This document shows, piece by piece, positions 37,965 through 51,585 of a DNA stretch of 64,000 nucleotides. How positions within the stretch are numbered: the stretch's first letter is position 1; each line of letters opens with the position of its first letter. A model generated the notes under the pieces. That model was not told the origin of the DNA, searched no databases, and saw nothing but the letters and a program-made list of their open reading frames with translations. Source of the stretch: Octopus vulgaris (lineage: Eukaryota); contig OX597842.1 in assembly GCA_951406725.2 (NCBI GenBank), forward strand, positions 16,368,001-16,432,000. Reading direction: 5' to 3'. The translations under genes and the position numbers were made by a program.

Positions 37965-39750
37965 CATCTACTTCTTGCAGGGATGGTAAGCCAGGGATCA
38001 TTCTCATATAATTTTCGGTTCCCTTCTTGATCATTCCTAGTGCTCCTACGATCACTGGTATTGTAACTGCCTTGAGATGCCATATTTTCTCAATTTCAAT
38101 GAGTAAGTCTTTATATTTTCTGACCTTGTCAAACTCTTTAGCTGAGATATTATGATCACAGGGGATGCTCATGTCGATCAATAAGCAAACTTATCGTTTT
38201 GGTCTTTCACAACAATATCTGGTTTATTGGCTTTGATGGTTCGGTCTGTATGTACTGGAAAGTCCCACAGAATGGTTACATTTTCTCCTTCAGTTACAGC
38301 CTCAGGGTGGTGATTATACCACTTGTCGGCAGTTTTGATATTGTAATGCCGACTTATTAGCCAGTGGAGATATTGGCCAACTCTGTCATGTCTTAATTTA
38401 TACTCCACTGGTGCTAAGACTTTTACATCCAGAGATTAGGTGGTCCACTGTTTCAATCATGTCGTTGCAGAATCGGCATTTTGGGTCTGCTCCATTTTTC
38501 ATCACATTGGCCTGGTAGTTCCGGGTTAATAGGCTTTGATCTTGAGCAGCTAGGATGAAACCTTCGCTCTCTGCTTTCAGCCCTGAGTTCCGTAGCCACT
38601 GATGTGTTTGCTTCTGGTCAACATCAGCTTGTTTGCTGCGGGTCACATATTTGCCGTGCAGAGGTTTCTCCTCCCACCTATCAGCCAATTGCTCGTGCGC
38701 TTTTTTCATTGCCATCATTTTCACCTTCTTTGCAACAATAGTTGCCGTACTTCCCTCGGGTTGTTCAGTTTGGGTATCCTGCACGAGATCAATAGCAAAT
38801 TTTTTGCTTTCATTTATGATAGAATGAAGCTTCTTTCGTCTCTCGTGATTTTCCACGAGCTTTAGCATCCAGTCATTCGATATTTCGAGATATTTGGCCA
38901 GTCCAATTGTGGTTGTTTTGTAAGCTAGTTCAAATTGGATCAGGCCTCGACCTCCTTGGGCTCTGGGAAGGTAAAGGCGATCTACGTCTGCCTTTGGGTG
39001 GTGCATCCTATTACAACTCAGCAGCTTGCGTATTTTCCTATCTATATTCTTTACTTCACTCATATTCCAGTTCAACATATTGTAGCTATAAGTAACAACT
39101 GGAACTGCTAAGGAATTTATAGCTAACACCTTGTTATGTGCATTTAGTTCAGATTTCAGGACTGCACGAACTCTCCTATAACATTCCTTCCTGATTTTCT
39201 CTTTCATGCTTGCATGCTGAATACCAGAGCCTTCATTTATCCCTAAATATTTGTATGTTTGTTCTTGCTCAAGCTCTCTTATGACTGTGTCAACATCTAA
39301 CACGACTGAATTTGTGGTCTTCACTTTCCCTTTCTGGAAAGTGGCCTTGGCACACTTCTCAAGTCCAAACTCCATCCCGATGTCATCGCTGAATGCTTTC
39401 ACGGTGCGCAATAGGCCTTCAAGTTCATTATTGTCTTTACCATAAAGTTTTAAGTCATCCATATAAAATAGATGGCTTATTTTTTTATTGGCAATTTTAT
39501 ACCCATACCATTTTCTGTTTAATTCACTTGTAAGGGGTATTAGGGCTATGCAGAATATTAAAGGTGAAAGTGAGTCACCTTGAAAAATTCCACAGTTGAT
39601 GTTTATATTTTCTGAGGCAAGTACTCCATTAGAGTGGTATGATTGGAGATTCGTATTCCACAACGACATATTGTGCTTCAGGAAGTTTGAAATCACAGGG
39701 GAAATTTTGAAGATGTCCAGCGATCTCAAGATCCATGGATGCGGTATACT
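37965..39750 (-). mobile_element. Second Dong/R4 LINE family (RT + CCHC + RLE), frameshifted, cut by the gap
   Basis: GIFQGDSLSP, FYMDDLKL, CRFC...HLISGC, RHD, PDIVV and KYKDL spread over three frames. Confidence 0.9.
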
Positions 39751-39850
39751 NNNNNNNNNNNNNNNNNNNNNNNNNNNNNNNNNNNNNNNNNNNNNNNNNN
39801 NNNNNNNNNNNNNNNNNNNNNNNNNNNNNNNNNNNNNNNNNNNNNNNNNN
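39751..39850. other. Assembly gap (100 N)
   Basis: Directly visible. Confidence 1.
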
Positions 39851-40147
39851 CTCCACCACCATCACAACTTCTGCCTGTATATTCATTAACATTTAAGATG
39901 TTCAACTAAATTTCAGTGAGGTTTGGCTGTTATTTCTAGCACAAAGAAGCCGGCTCAAGGGTTGGCCTCCTTTCACCTTTTCTACATAAAAACCTTCTAC
40001 AAAATAGGCCTTTAAGTGGTCATGCAAAATGCTAGAAACGCCAGCTAAATCTGCCCCATATTACACTCTATTTTCTTTAAAAATGGAAGGATACATTTTT
40101 TTTATTCTTTTATGGTGTGTGTGTGTACATACAAACACACACACATA

Positions 40148-40314
40148 GGCGCAGGAGTGGCTGTGTGGTAAGTAGCTTGCTAACCAACCACATGGTTCTG
40201 GGTTCAGTCCCACTGCATGGCACCTTGGGCAAGTGTCTTCTACTATAGCCTCAGGCTGACCAAAGCCTTGTGAGTGGATTTGGTAGATGGAAACTGAAAG
40301 AAGCCCGTCGTATG

Positions 40315-40353
<39 letters not shown>

Positions 40354-40600
40354 GTATGTGTGTCTGTGTTTGTCCCCCTAGCATTGCTTGACAACCGATG
40401 CTGGTGTGTTTATGTCCCCGTTACTTAGCGGTTCGGCAAAAGAGACCGATAGAATAAGTACTGGGCTTACAAAAGAATAAGTCCCGGGGTCGAGTTGCTC
40501 GATTAAAGGCAGTGCTCCAGCATGGCCACAGTCAAATGACTGAAACAAGTAAAAGAGTAAAGGAGATACATTTTTTAATTCTTTTATGGTGTGTGCGTGT

Positions 40601-40658
<58 letters not shown>

Positions 40659-41202
40659 GTCGCAGGCATGGCTGTGTGGTTAGAGGCTTGCTTCTTGACC
40701 ACACAGTTCCTGGTTCAGTCCTACATGGCACTGTGGGCAGATGTCTTCAACTAAAGTTTCAGACCAACCAAAGCCTTGTGAGAGGAATTGGTAGATGGAA
40801 ACTGAAAAGAAGCCCGTCGTATATATGTGTGTGTGTGTGAGCGTGCATATGTGTGTGTGTGTGTGTTTGTCACCGTGCCATTGTTTGATAACTAATGTTG
40901 ATGTTTATGTCCGATAACTTAGCAGTTCAGCAAAAGAGACTGATATAAGACCTGAGGTCAATTTCTGCAACTAAAACACTTGTTAAGGTGGTGCTCCAGC
41001 ATGGCCATAAATAAATAACTGAAACAAGTAAAAAAATAAAAGAAAGCACACTGTGTGTGGTAAGTAGCTTGCTTACCAACCACATGGTTCCGGGTTCAGT
41101 CCCACTGCGTGGCACCTTGGGCAAATGTCTTCTGCTATAGCCCTGGGCCGACCAATGCCTTGTGAGTGGATTTGGTAGATGGAAACTGAAAGAAGCCTGT
41201 CG

Positions 41203-41233
<31 letters not shown>

Positions 41234-41440
41234 TTGTGTATCTGTGTTTGTCCCCCTAGCATTGCTTGACAACCGATGCTGGTGTGTTTACGTCCCCGTC
41301 ACTTAGCGGTTCGGCAAAAGAGACCGATAGAATAAGTACTGGGCTTACAAAGAATAAGTCCCGGGGTCGATTTGCTCGACTAAAGGCGGTGCTCCAGCAT
41401 GGCCGCAGTCAAATGACTGAAACAAGTAAAAGAAAGAAAG
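40148..41440 (+). mobile_element. Three head-to-tail copies of the abundant tRNA-SINE
   Basis: Heads at ~40148, ~40663 and ~41050. Confidence 0.85.
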
Positions 41441-41579
41441 AATACACACACACACACATATATATGCAGGATGCGATGGGTAAATGTTTGCCATTTTATA
41501 TCTTTAATTTCATGCATGTACATTGTTTGCTTTCGATTTTATCAACTACACAGTATAGTAGGGTCAGTTGGGCACCATG

Positions 41580-41930
41580 ACGCAATTCACTCTGCCAGAA
41601 ATTTGGAAACGACATGCTGTACTGCTTGGCATTGGCGCCAGAAGGTCTAATACGAGTGTTTGGCTGTTAATCCGTGGACAGTGCAAAGGATTTGGAAAGA
41701 GTTGGATGAGTTTAATGGGGATTATGAAGGTATAGTAGCTTGGAAAACTCACTCTGGTTGTTCTGATAAGAAAAGAACTCCTAAATTTGTTGGTGAGATC
41801 CAGGCCACAATTGACAATGATCCCTCTAAGTCAATCAGGTCCATTGCCAGGTACATGGGCGTGACTGAGTTTCTTATCAGGCCGGTAATGTATCAAGACA
41901 TACAGTATTCCTTCCTCATACAAGATTAGA
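41580..41930 (+). mobile_element. Tc1/mariner-type transposase N-terminal (HTH) remnant
   Basis: TVQRIWKEL...KKRTPKFV..IQ..I..DPSKSIRSIA..MGV. Confidence 0.65.
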
Positions 41931-42330
41931 AAGGGCATCGAGAGTTACGCAAATGCCAGAACTGGGCGCCACTGCGTGGTGCCTAGGACTCCAAACCTGC
42001 CATCAAGATGTAGGACAAGATTCTGTGATAGCCTGGGCTTCCGAGGCCCACAGCTCTTCAATATCCTCCCGAAGAACCTGAGAGACCTGCATGGGGTGGA
42101 TACAGATGTCTTTAAAATGAAGCTGGATCTCTTCCTGTCAGGTGTCCCAGATGAACCAACTTCACGGCAGGAGGGGCAGATGAGGGCAGCTGCATCGAAC
42201 TCTCTCATGCACCAAATAGCAGTTGCTAGAAAGCCCCCATGAAGTGAAACCAAGTAGCAACACCAAATGGCGGTGCCCCAGCATGGCCACAGCTCATAAG
42301 CTGAAACTAGAATCAATCAATCAATCAATC
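41931..42330 (+). mobile_element. CR1-like LINE 3' end with (AATC)n tail
   Basis: GPQLFNILPKNLR...VFKMKLDLFL..VPDEP. Confidence 0.75.
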
Positions 42331-42333
42331 ATA

Positions 42334-42393
<60 letters not shown>

Positions 42394-42423
42394 TATATAC
42401 ATATATATATGTACATATATATA

Positions 42424-42523
<100 letters not shown>

Positions 42524-42749
42524 TATAATAAATTCAGACTGAATACTTGATAAATGTAAGCACCTGTATATGCCAGCTAGTAGCATAGGTGAGAGGATAT
42601 ATGTATCAAATGAAATGAAATAAAAAACAGGACACAAAGGATGTTGCAGTACACATGTTTCGAGCTGTAAGAATAAGTTATTCTATAAAGCTTGAAACAT
42701 ATGTACCGCAACATCCTTTGTGTCCTGTTTTTCATTTTATTTCATTTGA

Positions 42750-42786
<37 letters not shown>

Positions 42787-42875
42787 TTATGTAGGTCCCG
42801 GGTTGAGTCGGGGTTAACCACAGTAAATAAGGTACTCAATACATGGCAGAGTAAATTAATTTATTTTATAGAAGG

Positions 42876-42926
42876 AGCTTCTACAGGACTAGAACTGTTT
42901 CATTCAAATGAAATCATCAGGAAGCT
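42876..42926 (-). ncRNA. Minimal hammerhead ribozyme (left arm of an inverted repeat)
   Basis: Exact reverse complement of 43027-43077. Confidence 0.65.
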
Positions 42927-43026
42927 TGCTGTCAAAATAAGATCTGGCATTTATACATTAAATCTTTATACATTTATACATTAAATCTGCCTAAATGTAT
43001 AAATGCCAGATCTTATTTTGACAGCA

Positions 43027-43077
43027 AGCTTCCTGATGATTTCATTTGAATGAAACAGTTCTAGTCCTGTAGAAGCT
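43027..43077 (+). ncRNA. Minimal type I hammerhead ribozyme (cleavage after GUA at 43071)
   Basis: AGCUUC CUGAUGA u-UUCAuuUGAA-u GAAACAG uucuaguc CUGUA GAAGCU, then AAUAAA at 43088; U-U mismatch at the base of stem II. Confidence 0.7.
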
Positions 43078-43099
43078 CCTTCTATAAAATAAATATATT

Positions 43100-43547
43100 T
43101 CATTTTCATTTCATCTGGGTTTGAGTCCATGCTCAGGCCAAGTCGAAGACTCTACCCTCAGAGTCTGGTGTGGTTGCCAGGTTGTATTCTCTGCTTAATT
43201 TTGACATGTGTAGGAGCGAGTTTGAGTCAGTTTGTGCTCGTTGTGTATATCCTGGGAGATGGGGTTCATCTCTAATGGTGCTTAAGTATCTATCCAGCTG
43301 CAATTTGAATGATTCCACACTGCATCCTGATAGATTTCTGACATGTACCGGAATGGAGTTGAACAGTTGTGCTCCTCGAACCAACAGACTTGATTCTCGC
43401 AGGGTTTTTGCTGCCTGGCCAGCCTTTTTGTTGATTGGTGGCAGCTGGCAGCATCTTCCGTGGCGCAGTGATTGGTAGGTTTTGATACCAAAGTTTGGCA
43501 CCTTCTGCTCTATCATTTTCCAAATATATATAATTCGGTATCGCTCA
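43100..43547 (-). mobile_element. CR1-like LINE 3' end
   Basis: RYRIIYIWKMIE..VPN...GAQLFNSIP..VRNL....FK.QLD.YL..I.DEP. Confidence 0.75.
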
Positions 43548-44487
43548 ATATATATATATATATTTCGTTATTATTATCATTATCATTATTAAGGCAACAA
43601 GCTGGACAAAATGATGGACAAAATACTTAGTGGTATTTTATCCTGATGTTCTGAGTTCAAATTCTGCCAAGGTCACCTTTGTTTTTTATCCTTTCTATAA
43701 GAACATGGAATGAAATGTATTTATTTATAAACTTTAAACTGAACTTCAATTGTTTTATAAACCTAAATAAACCCAATCTGTTTCTTAAATGAGGGACATA
43801 TTCATACGGCACAGAATGTTTTTTTTTACCTCAATAGACGTCAGTGATTGGTTGAAATTGCAGAAATTGACGTCAGTGGTACGTAAATAAACGGCGTAAA
43901 TTAACGAAGGTATAAACCTGATGTAAATACACGAAGTTGACATACTTTCACTTCTGACAGCTAATACCATGACAGTGCCTTTTTGCCATTAAGGGCGATC
44001 TTTCGGTAAAGGTACCGGAAGTCCCAGGTGGCTTTGTTTACATTTCTGAAGACAACAGAAACCCTTTTCTCCCCCCCACCCTCATATATATATTAAAAAA
44101 ACACTTCCTTGAAATGTATCGGGTACTTCCGGTACCTATACCGAAGTTACGCCCTATTAAGTTTACGAAGGCGCAACAAAATTATGGCAGTAATAAAGGA
44201 ACTCAGACGCACACACATAAACATTATATATATAAACAACGGGCTTCTTTCAGTTTCCGTCTACCAAATCCACTCAGAAGGCTTTGGTCGGCCCAAGGCT
44301 ATAGTAGAAGAAACTTGCCCATGGTGCTACGCAGTGGGACTGAACCCGGAACCATGTAATTGGGAAGTAAGCTTCTTACCATACAGCCACACCTGCGCTT
44401 ATGATATATATAAAATACAGGCTTCTTTCAGTTTCCACCTACCAAATCCACTTAGAAGATGTTGGTCCGGGGCTTAGTGGAAGATTT

Positions 44488-44889
44488 GGATGTTTACGGT
44501 TTGAACGGCAGTTTTTTAATATAATTTCCACGTAACTAAACACTTTTAAACTTCGTATACTGGTAGAATGTGTTTATAAAACATCTTTTTCTCTTGGCTT
44601 TATTGTGAAAATTCTATAGTTTGTAAGATATTTGTTGTGTTTTTTTCCTTCAATTTCTGCAATTTCAACCAATCACTGACGTCTATTGAGGTAAAAAAAA
44701 CATTCTGTGCCGTATGAATATGTCCCTCGTTTAAGAAACAGATTGGGTTTATTTACATTTCTGAAGAAAAAAAGATACCCTTCCCCCTGACCCTAAAACA
44801 GATTGAAATGCAATACTAGGGTCATAATTATGGGTGACAATTTCATATGACACTGCTAGAAAAAACTGCCATTCAAACCGAAAAGATCT
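44488..44889. mobile_element. Second copy of the 8-bp-TSD MITE (opposite orientation)
   Basis: Same TIRs as 21303-21718; TSD GAAGATTT on both sides. Confidence 0.85.
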
Positions 44890-45038
44890 GAAGATTTTTC
44901 CCCAAGGTTCCCTGCAGAGGGATTAACCTGTAATGGTGTTTAGGAAGCAAGCGTCTTAACTACACATACGACAGTACTGGAATTTAGTTCTTCCAACATG
45001 GAATTGTAAACATGTCTGGTGGAAATTGACTTTAAGCA

Positions 45039-45420
45039 TCTCTCTCTATATAAACGGCAGTTTGTCTGTGTGTGTTTCTGTGTGTCTGTTTGGTTGTACC
45101 CTCACCCTGACCACGGCTTTCAACCGATTCTGATGAAACTTGACACACACATAGCCCAATGTCATAATTCAAAACTAACGCAGCGAAAATTTTGAAAAGT
45201 TCCCCCAGTTCTGAAAAAGATCGATAAATTCGACATGGGGTCGACAATCAGAAACACAAACCACAGATGGTCTAGGGACGCAACTCGACCTTTTTAACTA
45301 TCAAAAAAAAATTTACCATTTTTTTTTCCCATTTTTTGCTATTTTTTGGCTATAACTCTCTAAAAATGCTTTATAGTTATTTCCCTTACAAACCCGAGCA
45401 ACGCCGGGCGATACTGCTAG
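45039..45420 (+). mobile_element. Non-autonomous Helitron (382 bp)
   Basis: A|TC 5' end; subterminal hairpin CCCGAGCAACGCCGGG; CTAG|T 3' end. A related 3' end lies at ~54285. Confidence 0.85.
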
Positions 45421-46433
45421 TCCCATATAATCTTTCATAACTTATTTTATTTCTTAGAATTTTCAGAAAATTTTTACGCATAGGCTTATGAGTGGCTGTG
45501 TGGTAAGTAGCTTGCTTACCCACCACATGGTTCTGGGTTCAGTCCCACTGTGTGGCACCTTGGGCAAGTGTCTTCTACTATAGCCTCGGGCCGACCAAAG
45601 CCTTGTGAGTGGATTTAATCCTTTAGTGTTCGCATTATTCTGCCAAAATGAATGCATTTTTATCCACATTGTTTTGAACTAATCATGCATTATCTTGTAG
45701 CGATGAGATTTTGATGAGGTACTCTCTTTACTCTTTTACTTGTTTCAGTCATGTGACTGTGGCCATGCTGGAGCACTGCCTTTAGTCGAGCAAATCGATC
45801 CGAGGACTTATTCTTTGTAAGCCTAGTATTTACAAAGCCCTGTGAGTGGATTTGGTAGACGGAAACTGAAAGAAGCTCGTCGTATATATGTATATGTTTG
45901 TGTGTCTGTGTTTGTCCCCCTAGCATTGCTTGACAACCGATGCTGGTGTGTTGATGTCCCCGTTACTTAGCGGTTCGGCAAAAGAGACTGATAGAATAAG
46001 TACTGGGCTTACAAAGAATAAGTCCTGGGGTCAATTTGCTCAACTAAAGGCGGTGCTCCAGCATGGCCACAGTCAAATGACTGAAACAAGTAAAAGAGTA
46101 AAGAGTATTTGTCTTCTTCACACAATAATTCATGCAAAAGAAACGAAAAAAGTTTCATTTTTTAAAACTTTTGGATCTGCTCAATCTCACAAACAGATTT
46201 TTTAATTAATTTTTTTAAAATAAACACTTTGAAACTTCGGATACTGGTTGAATGTGTCATGGAGAACACAGTTTACTCTTAGCATTTTTGACAAAATTTT
46301 GTATTTTAGAAGTTATTTCGTGTTGAAGTTGTCATATTTGGGTAATTTTAACCAATCAATGACATGTATTCAGCTGAAGAAAGTTAAATCTCTCACCATT
46401 GCTTTTCTTTCTCTCTCTCTCTCTCTCCCCTAG

Positions 46434-46611
46434 AATCCTGCGAGTGGACAAAGTATTAGAACTTCACCGCCAACGAATGTACTACGAGAAACCATTTCAA
46501 AAGAGGCGCCGACTTAGCTATGAGAGGTGTAAGAGGATCTACGACAACAGTATGAACCAGAAAATTGAGTTTCTAATGAGAAAGAACCGACCTGACCCTT
46601 GGCTTCGATAA
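46434..46611 (+). CDS. MRPS21: Mitochondrial 28S ribosomal protein S21, last coding exon
   Basis: ILRVDKVLELHRQRMYYEKPFQKRRRLSYERCKRIYDNSMNQKIEFLMRKNRPDPWLR* matches the metazoan S21 pattern (YYEKP..RR...YERC.RIY...M..KI.FLMRKNR.DPW); polypyrimidine tract plus AG. Confidence 0.93.
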
Positions 46612-47150
46612 TCAAGAATATGCTTCTGTGTGAGCCTGAGGGCCCTGCCCCCACAGGCAGAGAAGCTGGACTTTAGTGTGTCTATGTGTTTGTTGTTTTT
46701 TAGCCCCGAGTCAGCCCTGGACTCAGCAGAACTTACAATCAAGAATGGTCCAGGAGGTTCCATCAATGACCATCCCATCTATTTGTGTTTGTTGATACAG
46801 TTGTTGTTTTTGTTTCTTTTTAGCCCCAGGTCTGCCCTAAACCCAACAGATCTTACGATCAGAAGTGGTCCAGGACGTTCCATCAATGACCATCCTGTCT
46901 ATTTTTTGGGGATATCCCTTGACTGTATAAATAATTGTGTTGTTGTTTAGCCCTAGGCCAGCCTTGATCAAACAAGAAGGCAATTCAGGGGCTTCCAACC
47001 ACGACCATCCCATTTCTCCTTGAATTTTTATACCAGTAACTATACAGTTCAATACTGACTTGAAATAGAAGGATGTAATTTGAAGGACATCTGGCTGCTA
47101 TTTCTAGCAAGTTGAGTCATTTCCCTTATTGTCTCTACCATATCAGCTGG

Positions 47151-47204
<54 letters not shown>

Positions 47205-48021
47205 TAGTTTCAAGTCATTTCAAACAAAAACAACAAAAAGAACAAATAAAGAAATTACAAACAAAAGAGGTAACTTGGTGTTTTTTAATTAATGAGCCCC
47301 TTGGGGGCAGAGTGGCAGAGTTCCTTTCGAGGGTTAGGCTTCACAGGGGCAATGGCCAAGACCTTTGGCATTACGTCATGCTTGAGAAGAAGACCCATCA
47401 TCATCATCGTTTAACGTCCGTTCTCCATGCTAGCATGGGTTGGACGGTTTGACCGGGGATCTGGGAAGCCAGGAGGCTGCACCAGGCTCCAGTCTGATAT
47501 GGCAGTGTTTCTACAGCTGGATACCTTTCCTAACACCAACCACTCCATGAGTGTAGTGGGTGCTTTTAAAGTGCCACCGGCACAGGTGCCAGGGGAGGCT
47601 GGCATCGGCCACGATTCGGATGGTGCTTTTTACGTGCCACCGGCACAGGTGCCAGGGGAGGCTGGCATTGGCCACGATTCAGATGGATCATTTTACGTGC
47701 CACCTGGTATCACAACTACAATTTCTATTGATTTTTGAGCGATTTTGAATGTAAATTGAAAATGAAAGCATGTAGCTTAGTGGTTAAGGTATTTTGCTTA
47801 TAGCCATAAGGTCACAAGTTCAATATCTGGCAACCCATCATCCTTGAGCAAGTCACTTTATTTTATATTGCTCCAGTCCACTCAGCTTGTAAAAGTGAAG
47901 TGTACCTGTGGTTCAAAGGGCCAGCTTAGTCACATTGTGTCATGCTGAAATTTTTTGAAAATTTTGAAACCATATTACAAATAGACACAGGCATGGCTGT
48001 GTGGTAAGAAGCTTGCTTCCA

Positions 48022-49559
48022 GTATAGCGTTTGCTGGTTGAGCTGTTGGTTTTGTTTGGAACACACATGTTTTTTGGTTGTCTTGGCGGTGTGATGTTTT
48101 CCCTCTTGTTTAATGTTGTGCCGTCTGAGGAAGAAGTGGTGGCGTATTTGAGGAGAACTGACGAGGGAAGGGAGTGAGGATGTGGGCAAGTTCAGGGAAG
48201 GGAAATGAAGTGAGGGTGTGTGTCCCCAAGAGGTGTTAAAGGAGGGGAATGGGAGAACCATAATTTGCAGAACATGCTTGGTAGCAGCCAGGAAGATTGT
48301 AGTCATGTCAACGGCTGAAGTGGAAAAAGCACTTAAACCAATCTAGCTGTAGAAACACAATGGTAGAAAATTTGGAATGGTGGAGGTGGGGTTTCGGGAG
48401 GTAGCTGCAGACAGCAACACTATTGAGAACTGATGAAGTGGTGCTTCTATCAGTTTACCTTGGAAGGCATGCTTCCAGGATTAGGGTAGAAAACATACCC
48501 CCAGAAGTGGACATAGCCTGGCTGGTAGCTGCCATACTGCTAGGCATGGAGGAGAAGGTGGCGTCCTCCAGGACACCAGAACACCCCATAGGAACTGGCA
48601 AGGACAAAGTCTCAATATGGTGGTACAGGTTTCCGTGGAAGATATCGAAAATATGGTAGAGACAATTATGGTCGGAGACGCAACACTAAAAATCAAAGTG
48701 GAAGGGAGGATTCCGCGTTGCTATAAATGTGGCCTAGAGGGTCACATTAGAGCGGATTGTCCTTCACCACCTGTGAAGGCTAAGGAGAGATATGAGAGTG
48801 AGAAAGTGGCTGGTGCTCCACTACCCATGGAGGTTGAGGAAAAGGAGAGTGAAGCGGTAACACAGATAAAGACCAGTACCAGCATTGAAGAAGAGGAGGT
48901 GGACAATGAAAAGGAAACAGCTAGGGAAAAGAGAAAAACAAAAACACACGCTGTAAAGGACGACCCCTATCCCACACCCACTCTACCCCAACCACTCCCT
49001 ACACACACCTGCCCTCTCCATGTCCTACCTGACATAAGCACAAACATACTGGAGCCCCAAATTTCCCCAGACTCACCCTTGAAAAAATATGTTATAATGT
49101 ACAGTGGAGACAATGAAGAAGTGTATACCAAAATAGAGTTGTGGGACAGATATAAAAATGGAGGAATCAGGAGTGAAAGGGATGCCCCGAGTACCTTTGT
49201 TGAGTTGTGGCAGACCCAGAATATATCAAGATTAAAGGGCTTTGAAGAAAATCATAACTATGAGTGCTGGGTCAAGAAATTGGACTCCAGCTCAATGCCT
49301 TAGCAAGTAAGTGTTTATGATATTTTAAAGAAGCACAATGTAAACATCCTTCGGAGGAATGATAATTAGCTGTCGTTAATAATTGTGTTATAAAATTAGT
49401 ATTTAAAAAAAATACATTGTATTAACAGGTTCAATTAAGTCACTTGAAGGTGGGGCAAAACGGTTTCACTTCATCTCTCACGTTTAATTCATCCTTTCCA
49501 TTCGTTTCTTCTTTTTTGTCCCCTCTATATATGGCTTTCATAGCCAATATCATGAAATA
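48022..49559 (+). mobile_element. Retro-insertion carrying only an ORF1/gag-like region (CCHC knuckle), inserted in a SINE
   Basis: RCYKCGLEGHIRADC; direct repeat AGCTTGCTTCCA at 48010-48021 and 49564-49575; ends in AATAAA; the SINE resumes afterwards. Confidence 0.7.
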
Positions 49560-50782
49560 AAGGAGCTTGCTTCCAAACTACATAGTTCTAGGTTCAGTCC
49601 CACTTTGGGCAAATGTCTTCTAATATAGCCTTGAGTCTGTTATAATCATCACAACAAACATGAACAATCAACGTCGCCCATTGTCTCCCTTGATAAAAGG
49701 ACTTTCACTTTGTTTCCCGCCAAAACAATTAACTTGTACAACAACGGCAGTCGAATAAAGTATCTTGTATCGTTAACACGTTGTTTCAGTCTCTCTCATT
49801 TTCTTAATCTTTCATACTAAGTACTCACTACTTCCTTTAATACTCAATACATTATATATATATAACAACAACAGAGTCAACCAAAATTTTGCTAGTGGAT
49901 TTGGTAAATGGAAACTGAATGAAGACCATCTTATAAATATATATGTGTCTGTATCCCACCATCACCCTTTACAATTGCTTTTGGTGTGTATACATCCCTG
50001 TTACTTAGTGGTTCAGCAACAGAGACTGATAGAATAAGTACCAGGCTCAAAGAATAAAACAAGTACTAGGATCCATCCATTTGACTAAAAGTTCTTCAAA
50101 GCAGTGCTCTAGCATGGCCATAGCCTTATGAATGGTACAAGTAAAAGATAATGTTTGAAGGAAACGGTCCCCTGATTCCTTGCCATTTTCCTTCTCCATG
50201 ATGTAATGATAGCTATTCTGAAAGTCTGTAATAATTTATTGCTGTATTAATTGTAATAATAATTTATTGTAATGTAATAATTTATTGTGGAGGCACGTGG
50301 CTTAGTAGTTAGGGTGTCAGCATCATGATCGTAAGATTGTAATTTCGATTCCTGGACCGGGCAACACATTGTGTTCTTGAGCAAAACACTTCATTTCACG
50401 TTACTCCAGTCAACTCAGCTGGCAAAAATGAGTAACACTGCGATGGACTGGTCTCCCGTCCAGCTGGAGAACACATATGCCATTGAAACAGAGAAACCGG
50501 GCCCATGAGCCTGGCTAGGCTTTAAAAGGGCGGATTTATTATTATTTTAATAATTTATTGGTGATATTTTGGTCTAAGTATGACAATGGTTAAAATTTTA
50601 CCGGCTGATTTCCCTAGATTCTTGGCAGTTAACGGAATTTCTTTTTCTTCTTCGTCTGCTGTTGATTGCCAAACATGCATGTCATTCATCTGCTTGAAAT
50701 TGCCAGACACTCACACATACATCCTTACTCAGTGCATGTTGGGCATAGAATGAGGACATGGATCGCTTCTACTCAACCATAA

Positions 50783-51310
50783 CCCTTTTGATACCAACCT
50801 GGCTGAAACCTGCTCTGGCTCTGTAATACAAATGTCTTATTTTCAAAAGTTCTGAATTAATATCTTCCACCAAATCTTAGTCACAATTTATGTTCCTCAC
50901 ACTAGCTTAATGGTAACTAAGTTATTTTACTAAATTGTTTGTTATATTTAAAGTAATTGAAAGAAACACAGAGCATCTCAAAAGAAATATGGTAACAAAA
51001 GGGTTAAAGACAGTCAGTCAAATGTGTCTTCAATTTGCACAAGATTTGGCTGCTATTTCTAACAAGTGAAACAAAATCTGAAATTTTACTCTTTTGATAC
51101 CAACCTGGCTGAAACCACCTCTGGCTCTGTAGTACAAATGTCTTGTTTTCATAAGTTCTGAATTAAAATCTTCCACCAAACCTTAGTCACAATTTATGTT
51201 CCTAACACTAGCTTAATGATAACTAAGTTATTTTATTAAATTCTTTGTTATATTTAAAATTAATTGAAAGAAACACAGAGCATCTCAACAGAAATATGGT
51301 AAAGAAACGG
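50783..51310. mobile_element. Two copies of a ~220-bp piggyBac-like MITE (50783-51003 and ~51088-51310)
   Basis: CCCTTTTG.TACCA...TGGTAACAAAAGGG TIRs followed by TTAA. Confidence 0.7.
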
Positions 51311-51414
51311 TTAAGGGAGGACTGAGCAAGAAGGAAGCAGGCCAGCAAGATAATGAGGAGCAATAAACCATGGTTTATGTCACCACAATTCCTACAGGCA
51401 TATTCAGTCAGCAA

Positions 51415-51585
51415 TTCACGCGCGCACGCACACACACATTCTCCCGCGCGCGAACGTTCTTACTATGTATAACTTATGTGAGCCTTCGCGCGCGCGCATT
51501 TGTTTTCCAAGCGAGATAACTCCGTTGTCCTTTGCCATTTCGGCTCTCCTCATTTTGTTGTTTCTGCTTGGTTACAAAATGGCGT
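51415..51585 (+). promoter_or_regulatory. CpG-rich housekeeping-type promoter/5'UTR
   Basis: Local CGCG clusters (TCTCCCGCGC and TTCGCGCGC, E2F-like) and AAAATGGCG (YY1-like) at the ATG, in otherwise CpG-poor DNA. Confidence 0.6.

Noticed and set aside
40148-40230. tRNA genes at SINE heads
   Set aside because: A/B boxes are present, but they run into SINE bodies without a full cloverleaf.
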